A DNA stretch of 64,000 nt from a virus (Duplodnaviria; Heunggongvirae; Uroviricota; Caudoviricetes), in IMG/VR virus record IMGVR_UViG_3300024273_002067. One strand, 5' to 3'. Below the pieces are notes generated by a model. The model ran no database searches, was not told the DNA's origin, and worked only from the letters and a program-made list of their open reading frames with translations. The position numbers and the translations under genes are program-made. Within the stretch, counting starts at the first letter, position 1. Each line of letters starts with the position of its first letter. This document shows positions 37,462-47,368 of this stretch, piece after piece.

Positions 37462-37973
37462 TTAAATGTTTTTTCATTTAGTATGATATTAAATTCAAAA
37501 ACAACACTTTTGGCGTATGACATTAATTTTGACTCCATATCGAAATAAATTTCACACTCATTTTTTGTAAAATCAGATTGTGAAAAAATTTTTGAATAAG
37601 AAAATGATATAAATACTAAAGATAATTCATCATACTTATCATGGTCAGTTCTAAAATTGTTTAAACAAGGATAAGGAATTGACCATGAACGATAAGCGTT
37701 TTGATATTGAGACAACTCAAAATAAGCTTTATTTAAATTTTCTAAATTTCTATAAATACATTTTTTTACGTCAAAAAAAACATAATAATGATAATCTATA
37801 GAATATTCATCTTTTTTTTCATTATAATTAACTTCTTGAAACAGCACTTTATCATGAGTAATTATAGATATTTTTTCATTTTTAGAAACTCCATAAATCT
37901 TATTAGAATTATCTAAAAGTTTTTGAAAATAATCATTCATTTTTATTTTTTCTTCTAATAAAAGCAATTTCAT
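37458..37973 (-). CDS. hypothetical protein
   Basis: ORF. Confidence 0.4.
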   Translation of the reverse strand: MKLLLLEEKIKMNDYFQKLLDNSNKIYGVSKNEKISIITHDKVLFQEVNYNEKKDEYSIDYHYYVFFDVKKCIYRNLENLNKAYFELSQYQNAYRSWSIPYPCLNNFRTDHDKYDELSLVFISFSYSKIFSQSDFTKNECEIYFDMESKLMSYAKSVVFEFNIILNEKTFN

Positions 37974-38014
37974 AAATTTAATGTAACATTTTTCAATTCA
38001 AAGTAAAGCTTATG

Positions 38015-38046
38015 TTTGTTTTATGGTATTAAAATATTTATATTTG
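38015..38046 (+). promoter_or_regulatory. Bacteroidota-type promoter (TTTG, 20-nt spacer, TATATTTG)
   Basis: Consensus boxes 29 nt upstream of the rhomboid gene ATG. Confidence 0.4.
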
Positions 38047-38074
38047 TTATAAGTTTAATTTTCTAATAAAAATT

Positions 38075-38968
38075 ATGATTTTAAATAAAAACAAACAAAA
38101 AGGATTAAAGAGACTTGTATTTATAAATGTTGCTTTTTTTCTTATAGCAAATGTTATAATGTCTGCTTCTGGTAGCTATGATTTAATGTCAGACTTTGCC
38201 TTAAGCTCTAGCTTTATGCATGTCATATTAAAGCCGTGGACTTTACTTACTAGCATGTTTTTACATATAGACTTTTTTCACTTACTCTTTAACATGTTAT
38301 ACCTATTTATATTTGGACAAATTTTATCCGAAAGATTAGGCAGCCAATCTGTAGTTACAGTATATCTTTTGGGTGGAATTGTTGGGGCAATATTTTATTT
38401 ATTATTTTATAACTTAATATCTATTGACCCCAGATATCTGGCCATGGGGGCTTCTGGTGGCGTTATGGCAGTTATGTCTGCTGCAACAACAATTAATCCA
38501 AATAAAGGAGTTTCAATAATGTTTTTGGGTAAAATAAAGATAAAATGGATTTTTATATTTTTATTTATTATGACCAGTGTATATAATATAAACATAAATA
38601 CTGGTGGCAAAATTGACCACATGGGAGGTGCTATGTTTGGCTTTATTTACATAACTCTAATAAAAAACAGAAACCTATACCTGGGGAAGTGGTTGGATAA
38701 TATTTGTGTTTATTTTTCAGATAAATTTTCAATAAATAAAACAACATTTAAAATTAAAAAAGATGAATCAAATATCAAAACTGGATTTAGGGGAGCTCAA
38801 GATAGGAGAGACAAAAAAACAAGAGAAGTGGCGGTTGATAATTTTTTAGAAAAAACAGAAATAAACGAAGAAATGGATAAGTTGCTTGCAAGGGTTAAAA
38901 AAGTTGGGTTTGATAACTTAAGCGAATCAGACAGGCAAAGACTAGTATATTTAAGTAAAAAAATGTAA
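38075..38968 (+). CDS. Rhomboid-family intramembrane serine protease
   Basis: GASGGVMAV (Ser) and DHMGGAMFG (His) in TM helices. Confidence 0.7.
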   Translation: MILNKNKQKGLKRLVFINVAFFLIANVIMSASGSYDLMSDFALSSSFMHVILKPWTLLTSMFLHIDFFHLLFNMLYLFIFGQILSERLGSQSVVTVYLLGGIVGAIFYLLFYNLISIDPRYLAMGASGGVMAVMSAATTINPNKGVSIMFLGKIKIKWIFIFLFIMTSVYNININTGGKIDHMGGAMFGFIYITLIKNRNLYLGKWLDNICVYFSDKFSINKTTFKIKKDESNIKTGFRGAQDRRDKKTREVAVDNFLEKTEINEEMDKLLARVKKVGFDNLSESDRQRLVYLSKKM

Positions 38969-38969
38969 T

Positions 38970-39284
38970 ATGAGCAATAAAGAGAGAATAGAAATTGAAC
39001 CTGGTTTTTTTGTTGGTGAAACTGTAATATTGTTAGAAGAGACTGAATTTACAAAAGTTCACAAGATAAAAATTGGCACTGTGGGCGTAGTATCAAAAGA
39101 CGATAACTTAGAAACGCTGAAGGGGTGGAAAGCTATAAATGTAGAAGAAGGCTTCAAGAGCGAAATAGATAAAATGACTCCAGAAAAAATAGATGAGCTA
39201 TATAATCATTTATCTAGGATTGGAAAGATTAAAAATGCTGACAAGCTAGATGATTTAGCAAAAATTAAAACAAATAAACAATAA
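38970..39284 (+). CDS. hypothetical protein
   Basis: ORF. Confidence 0.4.
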   Translation: MSNKERIEIEPGFFVGETVILLEETEFTKVHKIKIGTVGVVSKDDNLETLKGWKAINVEEGFKSEIDKMTPEKIDELYNHLSRIGKIKNADKLDDLAKIKTNKQ

Positions 39285-39847
39285 TGAAAGAAACACTGCC
39301 TTTGGCTAAATGTAGAACTCTGTTCTTTGGGAAAGACGTTGATATGGAATCTATAGAATCTATATCTGAAAATATTATAAAGATAAATGAAGATGATAGT
39401 TTTTTAGAAAAGCTTTATCCTGTATATGGATTGAAATATGAGCGTAAACCTATAAAAATAATGATTGACAGTTATGGCGGATACGTTTACCAGTGTATGG
39501 GATTGATAGGTATTATGGAAAGTTCAAAAACAGAAATACACACTTATGCCACTGGGGCTGCGATGTCTTGTGGTTTCATAATGTTAATATGTGGACATAA
39601 AAGATTTGCATACAAACACGCTACACCTATGTATCATCAAGTTTCGACTGGCTTCTGGGGTAAAACTCAAGATATGGAAGAGAGTTATAAGGAAACAAAA
39701 AGACTTCAGGGCAAATTTGAATCATTAACTTTAGAGAAAACAAAAATATCTAAATCAAAATTAAAAGAAATTTTAAAGACAAAACAGGATTGGTATATGG
39801 ATGCGGAAGAGGCTGTGTCCTTTGGTGTTGTGGATAAAATAATATAG
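39284..39847 (+). CDS. ClpP-family (S14) serine peptidase, short divergent paralogue
   Basis: GAAMSCG (Ser) and YHQVSTG (His) motifs. Confidence 0.65.
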   Translation: MKETLPLAKCRTLFFGKDVDMESIESISENIIKINEDDSFLEKLYPVYGLKYERKPIKIMIDSYGGYVYQCMGLIGIMESSKTEIHTYATGAAMSCGFIMLICGHKRFAYKHATPMYHQVSTGFWGKTQDMEESYKETKRLQGKFESLTLEKTKISKSKLKEILKTKQDWYMDAEEAVSFGVVDKII

Positions 39848-40152
39848 TGAAGTGGGTTTCACATAATAGATTGATTGTTGAAAAAACTTCTTCAAAAGAA
39901 ACTTTAAGTGAATGTCAAAATGATTTTTATAGTTTATATGAGGGTGTGTCACTATTCAATTATAAATTTAATACAGTTAACAGAGTGTTTCGTTATAACA
40001 AAATGTCTGATAAAGAAAAAAAAACTCTTTTGTCCTTGTTAGATAGTGCGACAACCACAGATGAAATTAAAAAAATAATAAAAATAAATAAACTCCAAAC
40101 AAACTTGCGGCATATAGACACCCAGGAGAGAGTACGACATTTAGATTTATGA
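39847..40152 (+). CDS. hypothetical protein
   Basis: ORF. Confidence 0.4.
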   Translation: MKWVSHNRLIVEKTSSKETLSECQNDFYSLYEGVSLFNYKFNTVNRVFRYNKMSDKEKKTLLSLLDSATTTDEIKKIIKINKLQTNLRHIDTQERVRHLDL

Positions 40153-40643
40153 TGGAAATTGAATGGCTATTAGTTAATTATAAACATGACAAGGATAATG
40201 ATAAAATGTATTCTGATTGTGTAGAAATAAAAGATAATAAAATTTTTAATGATTTAACATTTTCGCAATCAATTAGAGGTAATGTGAAAAATGTTGGATT
40301 TTTTAAATTTCGTATAACTAAAGGTTGTGATATAAGATATTATGCTAATTTCAGTAGAATAAAAAATCATTCAAGATTTAAAAACAAATTCTTATTAACA
40401 TTAACTGGTCAAATTGATGTTTTAAGCCCAAGCCACCATAATAGCAATCAGGCCAAAATTCAAGTCGCAGGCTCTTATGACAAAGCAAGAGATGCACTTC
40501 AGGCTGCGAATGACATTTCTAATGGCTTTATAAATTCATTAGTTAGTGGTGGAGATAATTTGGAATTTTGCAAAGAAAGCAAAAAATTATTAATAGAAAA
40601 AAAACATGAGCTTCGGTTCGTTGGGCGACCACAATTAAAATAA
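40149..40643 (+). CDS. hypothetical protein
   Basis: ORF. Confidence 0.4.
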   Translation: MMEIEWLLVNYKHDKDNDKMYSDCVEIKDNKIFNDLTFSQSIRGNVKNVGFFKFRITKGCDIRYYANFSRIKNHSRFKNKFLLTLTGQIDVLSPSHHNSNQAKIQVAGSYDKARDALQAANDISNGFINSLVSGGDNLEFCKESKKLLIEKKHELRFVGRPQLK

Positions 40644-40648
40644 AAATT

Positions 40649-41209
40649 ATGATTAAAGAAATAGTAAAATATGGTGATGATATACTTAGAATTGTTTGTG
40701 AGAAATACGCTTCTGGTGCTATTGACATCAATGAATTAATTTCAAACCTAAAAGACACACTTAACTCAGTTAAAAATGGAGCAGGATTAGCTTCTCCACA
40801 AATAGGCATTAATAATAGAGTTTTTGTAACCAGAAACTATAGAGACGACAAGCCAGATGAAATGCTTACATTCATAAATCCAGAAATAATAACAAAGTCT
40901 AAAGAACAAGTTAAGGTTCCTGATGGCTGCTTAAGCATACCCAATATACACTCTGAAACAGAAAGACATTCTTACATAACAGTATCTTACCTGGATGAGG
41001 GGCTAAATAGAGTGGAAGAAGAGTTAGAGGGATTTCAATCTGTTGTGTTTCAACATGAACTAGACCACTTAAATGGCGTTTTGTTTTTAGACTTGTTAAG
41101 TCAGGAAGAAAAAGAAAAGATTGAAGAGTTTATTTTGAGACAGAAAAGTGAGCCTAACATATTTTATATTGAAGGAAAAATAATTGAAATGAGTTTAAAA
41201 AATGGCTAA
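40649..41209 (+). CDS. def: Peptide deformylase
   Basis: GAGLASPQIG, GCLSIP, HELDHLNG motifs. Confidence 0.85.
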   Translation: MIKEIVKYGDDILRIVCEKYASGAIDINELISNLKDTLNSVKNGAGLASPQIGINNRVFVTRNYRDDKPDEMLTFINPEIITKSKEQVKVPDGCLSIPNIHSETERHSYITVSYLDEGLNRVEEELEGFQSVVFQHELDHLNGVLFLDLLSQEEKEKIEEFILRQKSEPNIFYIEGKIIEMSLKNG

Positions 41210-41423
41210 AAAAATAATGTTTGAAGAAGTGATGCGTGAAGAGTCTAGAATTTTTAGAGTTAATATGGGAACTATACCTCCAGGTGAGGTTGAAGCTTTT
41301 TTGGCCAAAATTAAATCAGAATATAAGAAAAGTCCCATCATGCATTTCCAACAAAACTTATACAAAAGAACCCTCATTACAGAGAAGGTAGAAAAATTCC
41401 CACCATTGCCATATGAAAGATAG
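41202..41423 (+). CDS. hypothetical protein
   Basis: ORF. Confidence 0.35.
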   Translation: MAKKIMFEEVMREESRIFRVNMGTIPPGEVEAFLAKIKSEYKKSPIMHFQQNLYKRTLITEKVEKFPPLPYER

Positions 41424-41487
41424 CTATTACTTTCCAATAAGATAAAAGGATTATTGACTTTTGTAAAAAATATGTTATTTATAATAT

Positions 41488-42195
41488 ATGTACAAAAGAC
41501 TATCAGGATTCAACATAAGGAAGGCAATGGAGTTGGAAATATCTATAGAAGATATTTTTCAAATAACCACGGAAGAAGAGGGGGATAAAGCAGCTAAAGA
41601 AATATACTTAGATGACATAACACACTCTTCAGAGATAGATAATATAGATGAAATTTTTAAAGATGATAAAAATATAATTTTTTACTATTCTCCCAAAAAA
41701 GAGGTTATCATAAACGAAACTCTTAAAGCTTATATTTATGAATTTTATGTAGCAAGTCGTGAATTTGAACCAGGAGCTGGTGATTCTATAATATTATCTG
41801 AAAAGTCTAAAGAAATTATGTTTTTAAACACAGAGGTAATTGGTAACTCTGATTTTATAGAAAACATTATGGCTGCCCAAAGATATTTGGGACAATTTGA
41901 AAAAGCTATATTCAAAAGAAAATTTATTGGAATAGGAAACTTTCAAATGGAAGAATACGCTATAAGTCATTTAATGGTTGGATTCTCAGAACTTCATTTA
42001 CTGGACTTCTTCATAAAGGACAGTAATTTAATATCTACCATTACAAATATAATATCAGCAGAATATGAAAAAGATATTTTGGAGCAAAAAGAATATTTTA
42101 CAGAAGAAGAGTTTGAGGTTTTAATGCAAACTGTTAATAAGCACAAAAAGATTCTAAGCGGAAGAAATAGTGGATTAGACTTTGATTTTACATAA
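41488..42195 (+). CDS. hypothetical protein
   Basis: ORF. Confidence 0.4.
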   Translation: MYKRLSGFNIRKAMELEISIEDIFQITTEEEGDKAAKEIYLDDITHSSEIDNIDEIFKDDKNIIFYYSPKKEVIINETLKAYIYEFYVASREFEPGAGDSIILSEKSKEIMFLNTEVIGNSDFIENIMAAQRYLGQFEKAIFKRKFIGIGNFQMEEYAISHLMVGFSELHLLDFFIKDSNLISTITNIISAEYEKDILEQKEYFTEEEFEVLMQTVNKHKKILSGRNSGLDFDFT

Positions 42196-42251
42196 TTACG
42201 ATAAATCCTCAAGAAAGCCCTCGACTTTAGTCGTGGGAGGATGTCAAATAA

Positions 42252-42659
42252 TTACTTTCTGTCAAAATCTGCAAATACTTCGCCCCAATCTTTAGTCTTC
42301 CATTTCAAAACTTCACTTTTGTAAGTGTTATTTTTTAACCAATTTTCAGCTCTAGATATAACTTCCCACAAATCTTTAGTTCTGGAACTGTAGTCCATCC
42401 CACTATTTACCTTCTTGTTTCTAACCCATGCAATAGCTGTATTTGAGTCTGTATAAACATCCTTTTCTATGCCTTCTGATTTCATTTTTGCCAACGCATG
42501 AACAACTGCCAAGAACTCTCCAACATTATTAGTTCCAACAGAAAATGTTTCATGAAAATAAACATTTCCATTATCTGTCCAAACTCCTCTGTATTCCATG
42601 ATTCCTGTTTTGCTTGAATAAGCAGCATCTACTGATATAGTGTTTTTTTTAAACATCAA
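42252..42659 (-). CDS. rnhA: Ribonuclease H (RNase HI type)
   Basis: DAAYS...G, NNVGEFLAVVHAL, YTDS motifs. Confidence 0.8.
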   Translation of the reverse strand: MMFKKNTISVDAAYSSKTGIMEYRGVWTDNGNVYFHETFSVGTNNVGEFLAVVHALAKMKSEGIEKDVYTDSNTAIAWVRNKKVNSGMDYSSRTKDLWEVISRAENWLKNNTYKSEVLKWKTKDWGEVFADFDRK

Positions 42660-43135
42660 TTAACATATTTATATCTATAAGGATTTTTATCTGATATATG
42701 ATTTTTCAATTCTAAAATATTTGTTTTAAAATTAAGAGAAAAAGATTTAAACAATTCTTCAAAAACTTTATCATGCTCATCTTCTTTAAAAAAGCCATGA
42801 AAATTTAATCCTATATAAACAATTTTTTGGTTTTTTAATTTATATCTAGAAGATACCAAACTAACCTTAAACCTCTTTAAGTTAATGTATTTAAATTTAT
42901 TTTTAAAAAAAATACTTATCAAGTTCACATATCCGAATGTACCATGTTGTTCTCTTTCTGATTTTATTAGAAAATCATAACTAAAAGGAAAAACGACAAC
43001 AAATTCAGACGTTTTACTTTTTGTAACATCTAAAATAAGACAATTTTCATCATATAGAAATTTAGCACCTTTTATTCGAGAAACTATTTGACAATATTGA
43101 CCTCCAACTTTAGACTCTACTAAAAGATGTCTCAT
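42656..43135 (-). CDS. hypothetical protein
   Basis: ORF; ATGA overlap. Confidence 0.4.
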   Translation of the reverse strand: MRHLLVESKVGGQYCQIVSRIKGAKFLYDENCLILDVTKSKTSEFVVVFPFSYDFLIKSEREQHGTFGYVNLISIFFKNKFKYINLKRFKVSLVSSRYKLKNQKIVYIGLNFHGFFKEDEHDKVFEELFKSFSLNFKTNILELKNHISDKNPYRYKYVN

Positions 43136-43142
43136 AATTAAT

Positions 43143-45443
43143 TTACTTTTTCTTTTTGTAAGGCTTCTTTTTAGAAGTTTTAGAATTCTTTATTATTTCT
43201 TCACACTCCTTTAAGGTTAAATCTTTAGGCTCATATGATTGTGGTATTTTGAAATTTTTCTTTCCCTTCTTAATGTAAGCACCGTACTTACCTTTTAAGA
43301 CAAATATATCTTTACTTTCAAAATCTTTTATAACTCTATTCTTTTGTTCCTCTAAAGACTCTTTAATTAAAGAAACTGCTTCATCATAATTTATTGTTTC
43401 TGGCTTATATTCTTCTGTTATAGATGCATAAACTTTATCCAACCTAACATATGGGCCAAACTTTCCTATTGCAACAGATAGCTCAGAACCTTCATACTCC
43501 CCCAAAACTCTAGGCCAATTCAATAACTCTATTGCTTGTTCTAAAGTTATCGAGCCAAACTCTATAGTCTTATCTATTTTAGCAAATTTTGGCTTTTCCT
43601 CATCGTCTTTATCTCCCATCTGTACCATTGGTCCATATCTGCCTATTTTAGCATATACAACCCTAAGAGTCCCTGGGTGTGTCCCCAACTCTCTAATCCC
43701 AACTTTACCTTCTTCTTCATTGGCTTTTTTAACTTTTTCAGAGAATGGTTCATAGAAATCTCTTATAACTGAAACCCACTCAGCATTACCTTTAGCTATT
43801 TCATCAAAATTACCTTCTACGGTTGCTGTGAAATTGTAATCCATAACCTTATCAAATGTACCCAGAAGATATTCAGTAACTATCATTCCCATTTCAGAAG
43901 GTACAAATTTCTTTTTTTCTCCTCCATAGTTTTCGACACTTGTTTCTTCAGTAATTGAATCATTTTTTAAAAAAAGTTTATCTACACTTTTTTCTGACGG
44001 CTCCACATCTCTCAATTCAACGTATTCTCTTTTTTGTATTGTAGAGATTATACTGGCATATGTCGAAGGTCTTCCTATGCCTAACTCTTCTAACTTTTTT
44101 ACTATAGAAGACTCAGAATATCTAGTTGGAGGCCTTTTAAATGTCTGAAAGGCGTTTATTTCTACACAATTAATTAAATCATCTTTAATTAAGTTAGGTA
44201 ACAATCCAGACTCATCTTCTCCACCCTTATCTTCTGGTGTATACAATTTGAGAAAACCATCAAAATTTACAACTTCACCTTTTGTGACAAATTTTTCTTT
44301 TGAATTTGACAACTTAGTCTTTATAGTTGTTCTCTCTATTTTGGCATCTGACATTTGTGATGCCATTGTACGCTTCCATATTAAATTATATAGTTTTTTA
44401 CAATCTTCTGAATCTCCAACAATATCTACCGATGGGTTTACTGGCCTTACTGCTTCGTGAGCCTCTTGTGCCCCTTTAGACTTTCCTTTGTACTTTTTTC
44501 TATTTGAATATTCACTACCAAATTTATTTATTATTTCACTTTCAATATCATTAAGAGAGTCTTCAGAAAGAGTAACAGAATCAGTTCTCATATAGGTAAT
44601 ATGACCGCCCTCATAAAGTGACTGTGCTGCGCTCATTGTTCTATTTAAAGAAAAGCCCATTCTAGAGCTGGCGGCTTGCTGTAAAGTGGAAGTTGTAAAT
44701 GGGGCGGGTGAAGTCTTTTTTCCAGGCTTTTTTTCTACTGAGTCTACACTAAACTTAGCTACCTGACACTTTTCCAAAAAAGATTTTGCGTCTTTTTTTT
44801 CTGAAAATCTTTTATCAAGAACTCCATTAAATTCACTTCCCTTAAAATCCATTAAAGATGTAACCTTGAAATCTGAACTTGTTGTAAATTTTTTAATTTC
44901 ATTCTCTCTTTCTACCAATATTCTTAATGCGACAGATTGAACTCTACCACCACTAAGACCAGGTTTAACTTTTTTCCATAACAAAGGAGATAAGTCAAAG
45001 CCAACAAGACGGTCTAGAACACGCCTAGCCTGTTGTGCATTAACCATATTCATATCTAAATCTACTGGGTTTGATATTGCTTCCAGTATTGCCTTTTTAG
45101 TTATTTCAGTAAAAATAATTCTCCTAGTTTTCGAGTCAGGCAACTTGAGACACTCTTTGATGTGCCAAGATATTGCAGTACCCTCTCTATCATCATCTCC
45201 TGCTAGCCAAACGACTTCTGCCTTATCAGCTAATTTTTTAATTCCTTTTACAACATCCTTTTTGTCTGATGATATAATGTATTTAGGAGTGAAATCATTT
45301 TCTTTGTCTATACCTTTGTTTCCCTTATCTAAGTCTCTAATGTGACCATAACTGGCTACCACTTTATACTCATTACCTAAAAAGCCTTGTATTTTATTTA
45401 TCTTACCTGGCGACTCTACTATTACTAAATTTTTTGCTGACAT
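43143..45443 (-). CDS. topA: DNA topoisomerase I (type IA)
   Basis: Toprim N-terminus VIVESPGK, catalytic Tyr region, C-terminal Zn-ribbon-less basic tail. Confidence 0.9.
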   Translation of the reverse strand: MSAKNLVIVESPGKINKIQGFLGNEYKVVASYGHIRDLDKGNKGIDKENDFTPKYIISSDKKDVVKGIKKLADKAEVVWLAGDDDREGTAISWHIKECLKLPDSKTRRIIFTEITKKAILEAISNPVDLDMNMVNAQQARRVLDRLVGFDLSPLLWKKVKPGLSGGRVQSVALRILVERENEIKKFTTSSDFKVTSLMDFKGSEFNGVLDKRFSEKKDAKSFLEKCQVAKFSVDSVEKKPGKKTSPAPFTTSTLQQAASSRMGFSLNRTMSAAQSLYEGGHITYMRTDSVTLSEDSLNDIESEIINKFGSEYSNRKKYKGKSKGAQEAHEAVRPVNPSVDIVGDSEDCKKLYNLIWKRTMASQMSDAKIERTTIKTKLSNSKEKFVTKGEVVNFDGFLKLYTPEDKGGEDESGLLPNLIKDDLINCVEINAFQTFKRPPTRYSESSIVKKLEELGIGRPSTYASIISTIQKREYVELRDVEPSEKSVDKLFLKNDSITEETSVENYGGEKKKFVPSEMGMIVTEYLLGTFDKVMDYNFTATVEGNFDEIAKGNAEWVSVIRDFYEPFSEKVKKANEEEGKVGIRELGTHPGTLRVVYAKIGRYGPMVQMGDKDDEEKPKFAKIDKTIEFGSITLEQAIELLNWPRVLGEYEGSELSVAIGKFGPYVRLDKVYASITEEYKPETINYDEAVSLIKESLEEQKNRVIKDFESKDIFVLKGKYGAYIKKGKKNFKIPQSYEPKDLTLKECEEIIKNSKTSKKKPYKKKK

Positions 45444-45572
45444 CTATTAATTATCAATGATTTAAAGACAAATATAACATTTTTTAATTAAACATAAAAG
45501 AAAACTTTACATAAAACAAGTCATTATTATAATAAAACTTAATATTTATATCTGAAACGTATTTTTAATATA

Positions 45573-45983
45573 ATGAAAGAAAAATCAGTCAGACTGTTAG
45601 TGAGGGAGGTTATTAGTGAGATTGCTATGTCAATGGGTGGTTCTGGGTGGGACAGCAACAATGATATCCAGTCATTTCATGGATATCCTTCTGGGTATGG
45701 TCAATTTCCTTATTTATATACAGACATACCTGAAATGTTGCCCGGTGCAGAGGAGATAAATAAAAACAGTGAGCATATAAAAATAAAAAAATACGAAAAC
45801 AACAATGAAGTATATGACTTTCCTTTTGAGAATTTTAAAAAAGGATTTGAAATTGAAAAATCAGAACTAGAAAAACAAAAACAACTGTTGAATGTTTTTG
45901 ACATAGCAAAAAAAGTTATAGACAATTTAAGAAAAGACAAAAATTTTTATCAAGATGAGAATGCTGGAGATACACCGCAGTAA
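45573..45983 (+). CDS. small protein with N-terminal LVREVISEIAMSMGG motif
   Basis: Shares its N-terminal motif with 36236 and 50064. Confidence 0.45.
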   Translation: MKEKSVRLLVREVISEIAMSMGGSGWDSNNDIQSFHGYPSGYGQFPYLYTDIPEMLPGAEEINKNSEHIKIKKYENNNEVYDFPFENFKKGFEIEKSELEKQKQLLNVFDIAKKVIDNLRKDKNFYQDENAGDTPQ

Positions 45984-45987
45984 AGTT

Positions 45988-46185
45988 ATGGTTATATTGG
46001 AAGTGGACTATAGCGAATTCGAAAGAAACCATTTTGATGATATATGGGATGCGATTAGAGATGTTTACGAAGAAGAACTTTACAAGCTAAAAAAAATAGA
46101 GAGAAAAAAAGATAAAATGCATGTTAAACTTAACATACTAAGAAGACGTGCATATTTAAAAGAAAGAAAAAAAACTAAACAATAG
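45988..46185 (+). CDS. hypothetical basic protein (start re-called)
   Basis: ORF. Confidence 0.3.
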   Translation: MVILEVDYSEFERNHFDDIWDAIRDVYEEELYKLKKIERKKDKMHVKLNILRRRAYLKERKKTKQ

Positions 46186-46537
46186 TTATATAACTTACAC
46201 CATTCGTCATAGTTATTTTCTCTAAATTTATATATGTAAGATTACCAGACACACTTTCATGTAAAGACTCCCACCTTTCTGTTAATAAAATCTTTTTTCC
46301 AAAAGCAAAACAAGCGAAAGACTCTATTGAAGCATAATCCATATCATCATCTAGCTCTGATTTTCTACTTTTTTTGAGTGTGTAATAAAGAAATGATGAT
46401 TCATATTCTTCAATTTCCGAAATTTGACTAAGGTTAATTCTGACAACACCCCAATCATATACAATTACATAACGATTACCAGTATTGGCTGGGTTATGTA
46501 TTGTTCCTTGAATATATTTTCTCTTAGCAAATTCCAA
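46175..46537 (-). CDS. hypothetical protein
   Basis: ORF. Confidence 0.4.
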   Translation of the reverse strand: MEFAKRKYIQGTIHNPANTGNRYVIVYDWGVVRINLSQISEIEEYESSFLYYTLKKSRKSELDDDMDYASIESFACFAFGKKILLTERWESLHESVSGNLTYINLEKITMTNGVSYITIV

Positions 46538-46538
46538 T

Positions 46539-47297
46539 CTATAGCTTTTTTAACATAATCTCCTTTACAACTTCATTGTCATAAGACACTAAATCATAAG
46601 TGACATCTGTCACTTCAACTCCACACACTCTTCCTTCTGAGTTTTTTAATATCAACTTAGTGCCCTTAGATAAGTGCTCCAAGACACTTTCTGGTGGCAA
46701 CTCTATGTCAGACATGGTAAAGTTTAGATTTTCTATATTTACTCTAGTGTGGCTTCTAGTTTCTTTTACTATCTCATTAACAATAGTTTGACCAGTTATG
46801 CTTTTCATCGAAGCCTCTTGCACTAAAAACTCTTGTTTTTTCTCTTGAAAATAACTGTTTATCTCTTTAGTTTTTGTTTCTATTAATGATTCAAGATTTT
46901 TAGAAACTTTTTCTATTTGAGATTCAATTTCTAATTTTGTTTCTTCTCCTAAACTTATTATGCTAGCCTTCTCTTTTTCCTTTTCCCTTTTAACCACCTC
47001 TTCCTCTTCCAGCATTTTAAGCAACTCTTCCTCGTTTTGCTTTTTTATACTCTCCTTCGATACAACATAATTTCCATTGGAGTAGTTTTCAATTACGTAA
47101 TTTACATAATCATCTCTATTTGCACTTTCGTTATAAGAGGGGTGCCCTTTAAAGTTATATCTTATAATTAGAGTCTTTATTGCATCGTACTCCCTTCCAT
47201 TATAGTTTTTAACTATTCTGTCTACCTCTTTTATTTTAGCAGGATTATAATGATTATACAAATCAATAAGTGCTTTCTTAAAACTGTCAGAATCCAT
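46539..47297 (-). CDS. coiled-coil hypothetical protein
   Basis: ORF. Confidence 0.4.
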   Translation of the reverse strand: MDSDSFKKALIDLYNHYNPAKIKEVDRIVKNYNGREYDAIKTLIIRYNFKGHPSYNESANRDDYVNYVIENYSNGNYVVSKESIKKQNEEELLKMLEEEEVVKREKEKEKASIISLGEETKLEIESQIEKVSKNLESLIETKTKEINSYFQEKKQEFLVQEASMKSITGQTIVNEIVKETRSHTRVNIENLNFTMSDIELPPESVLEHLSKGTKLILKNSEGRVCGVEVTDVTYDLVSYDNEVVKEIMLKKL

Positions 47298-47312
47298 TTT
47301 CTTTTATTTTAT

Positions 47313-47341
47313 AAATAAAACAAAAAAAGGCTGATTAACAG
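47313..47341. terminator. Bidirectional rho-independent terminator (A7GGCTG-loop-CAGCCT7)
   Basis: 12-bp stem flanked by an A-run and a T-run. Confidence 0.65.
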
Positions 47342-47368
47342 CCTTTTTTTGAAGTTTAAAAACTTAAC

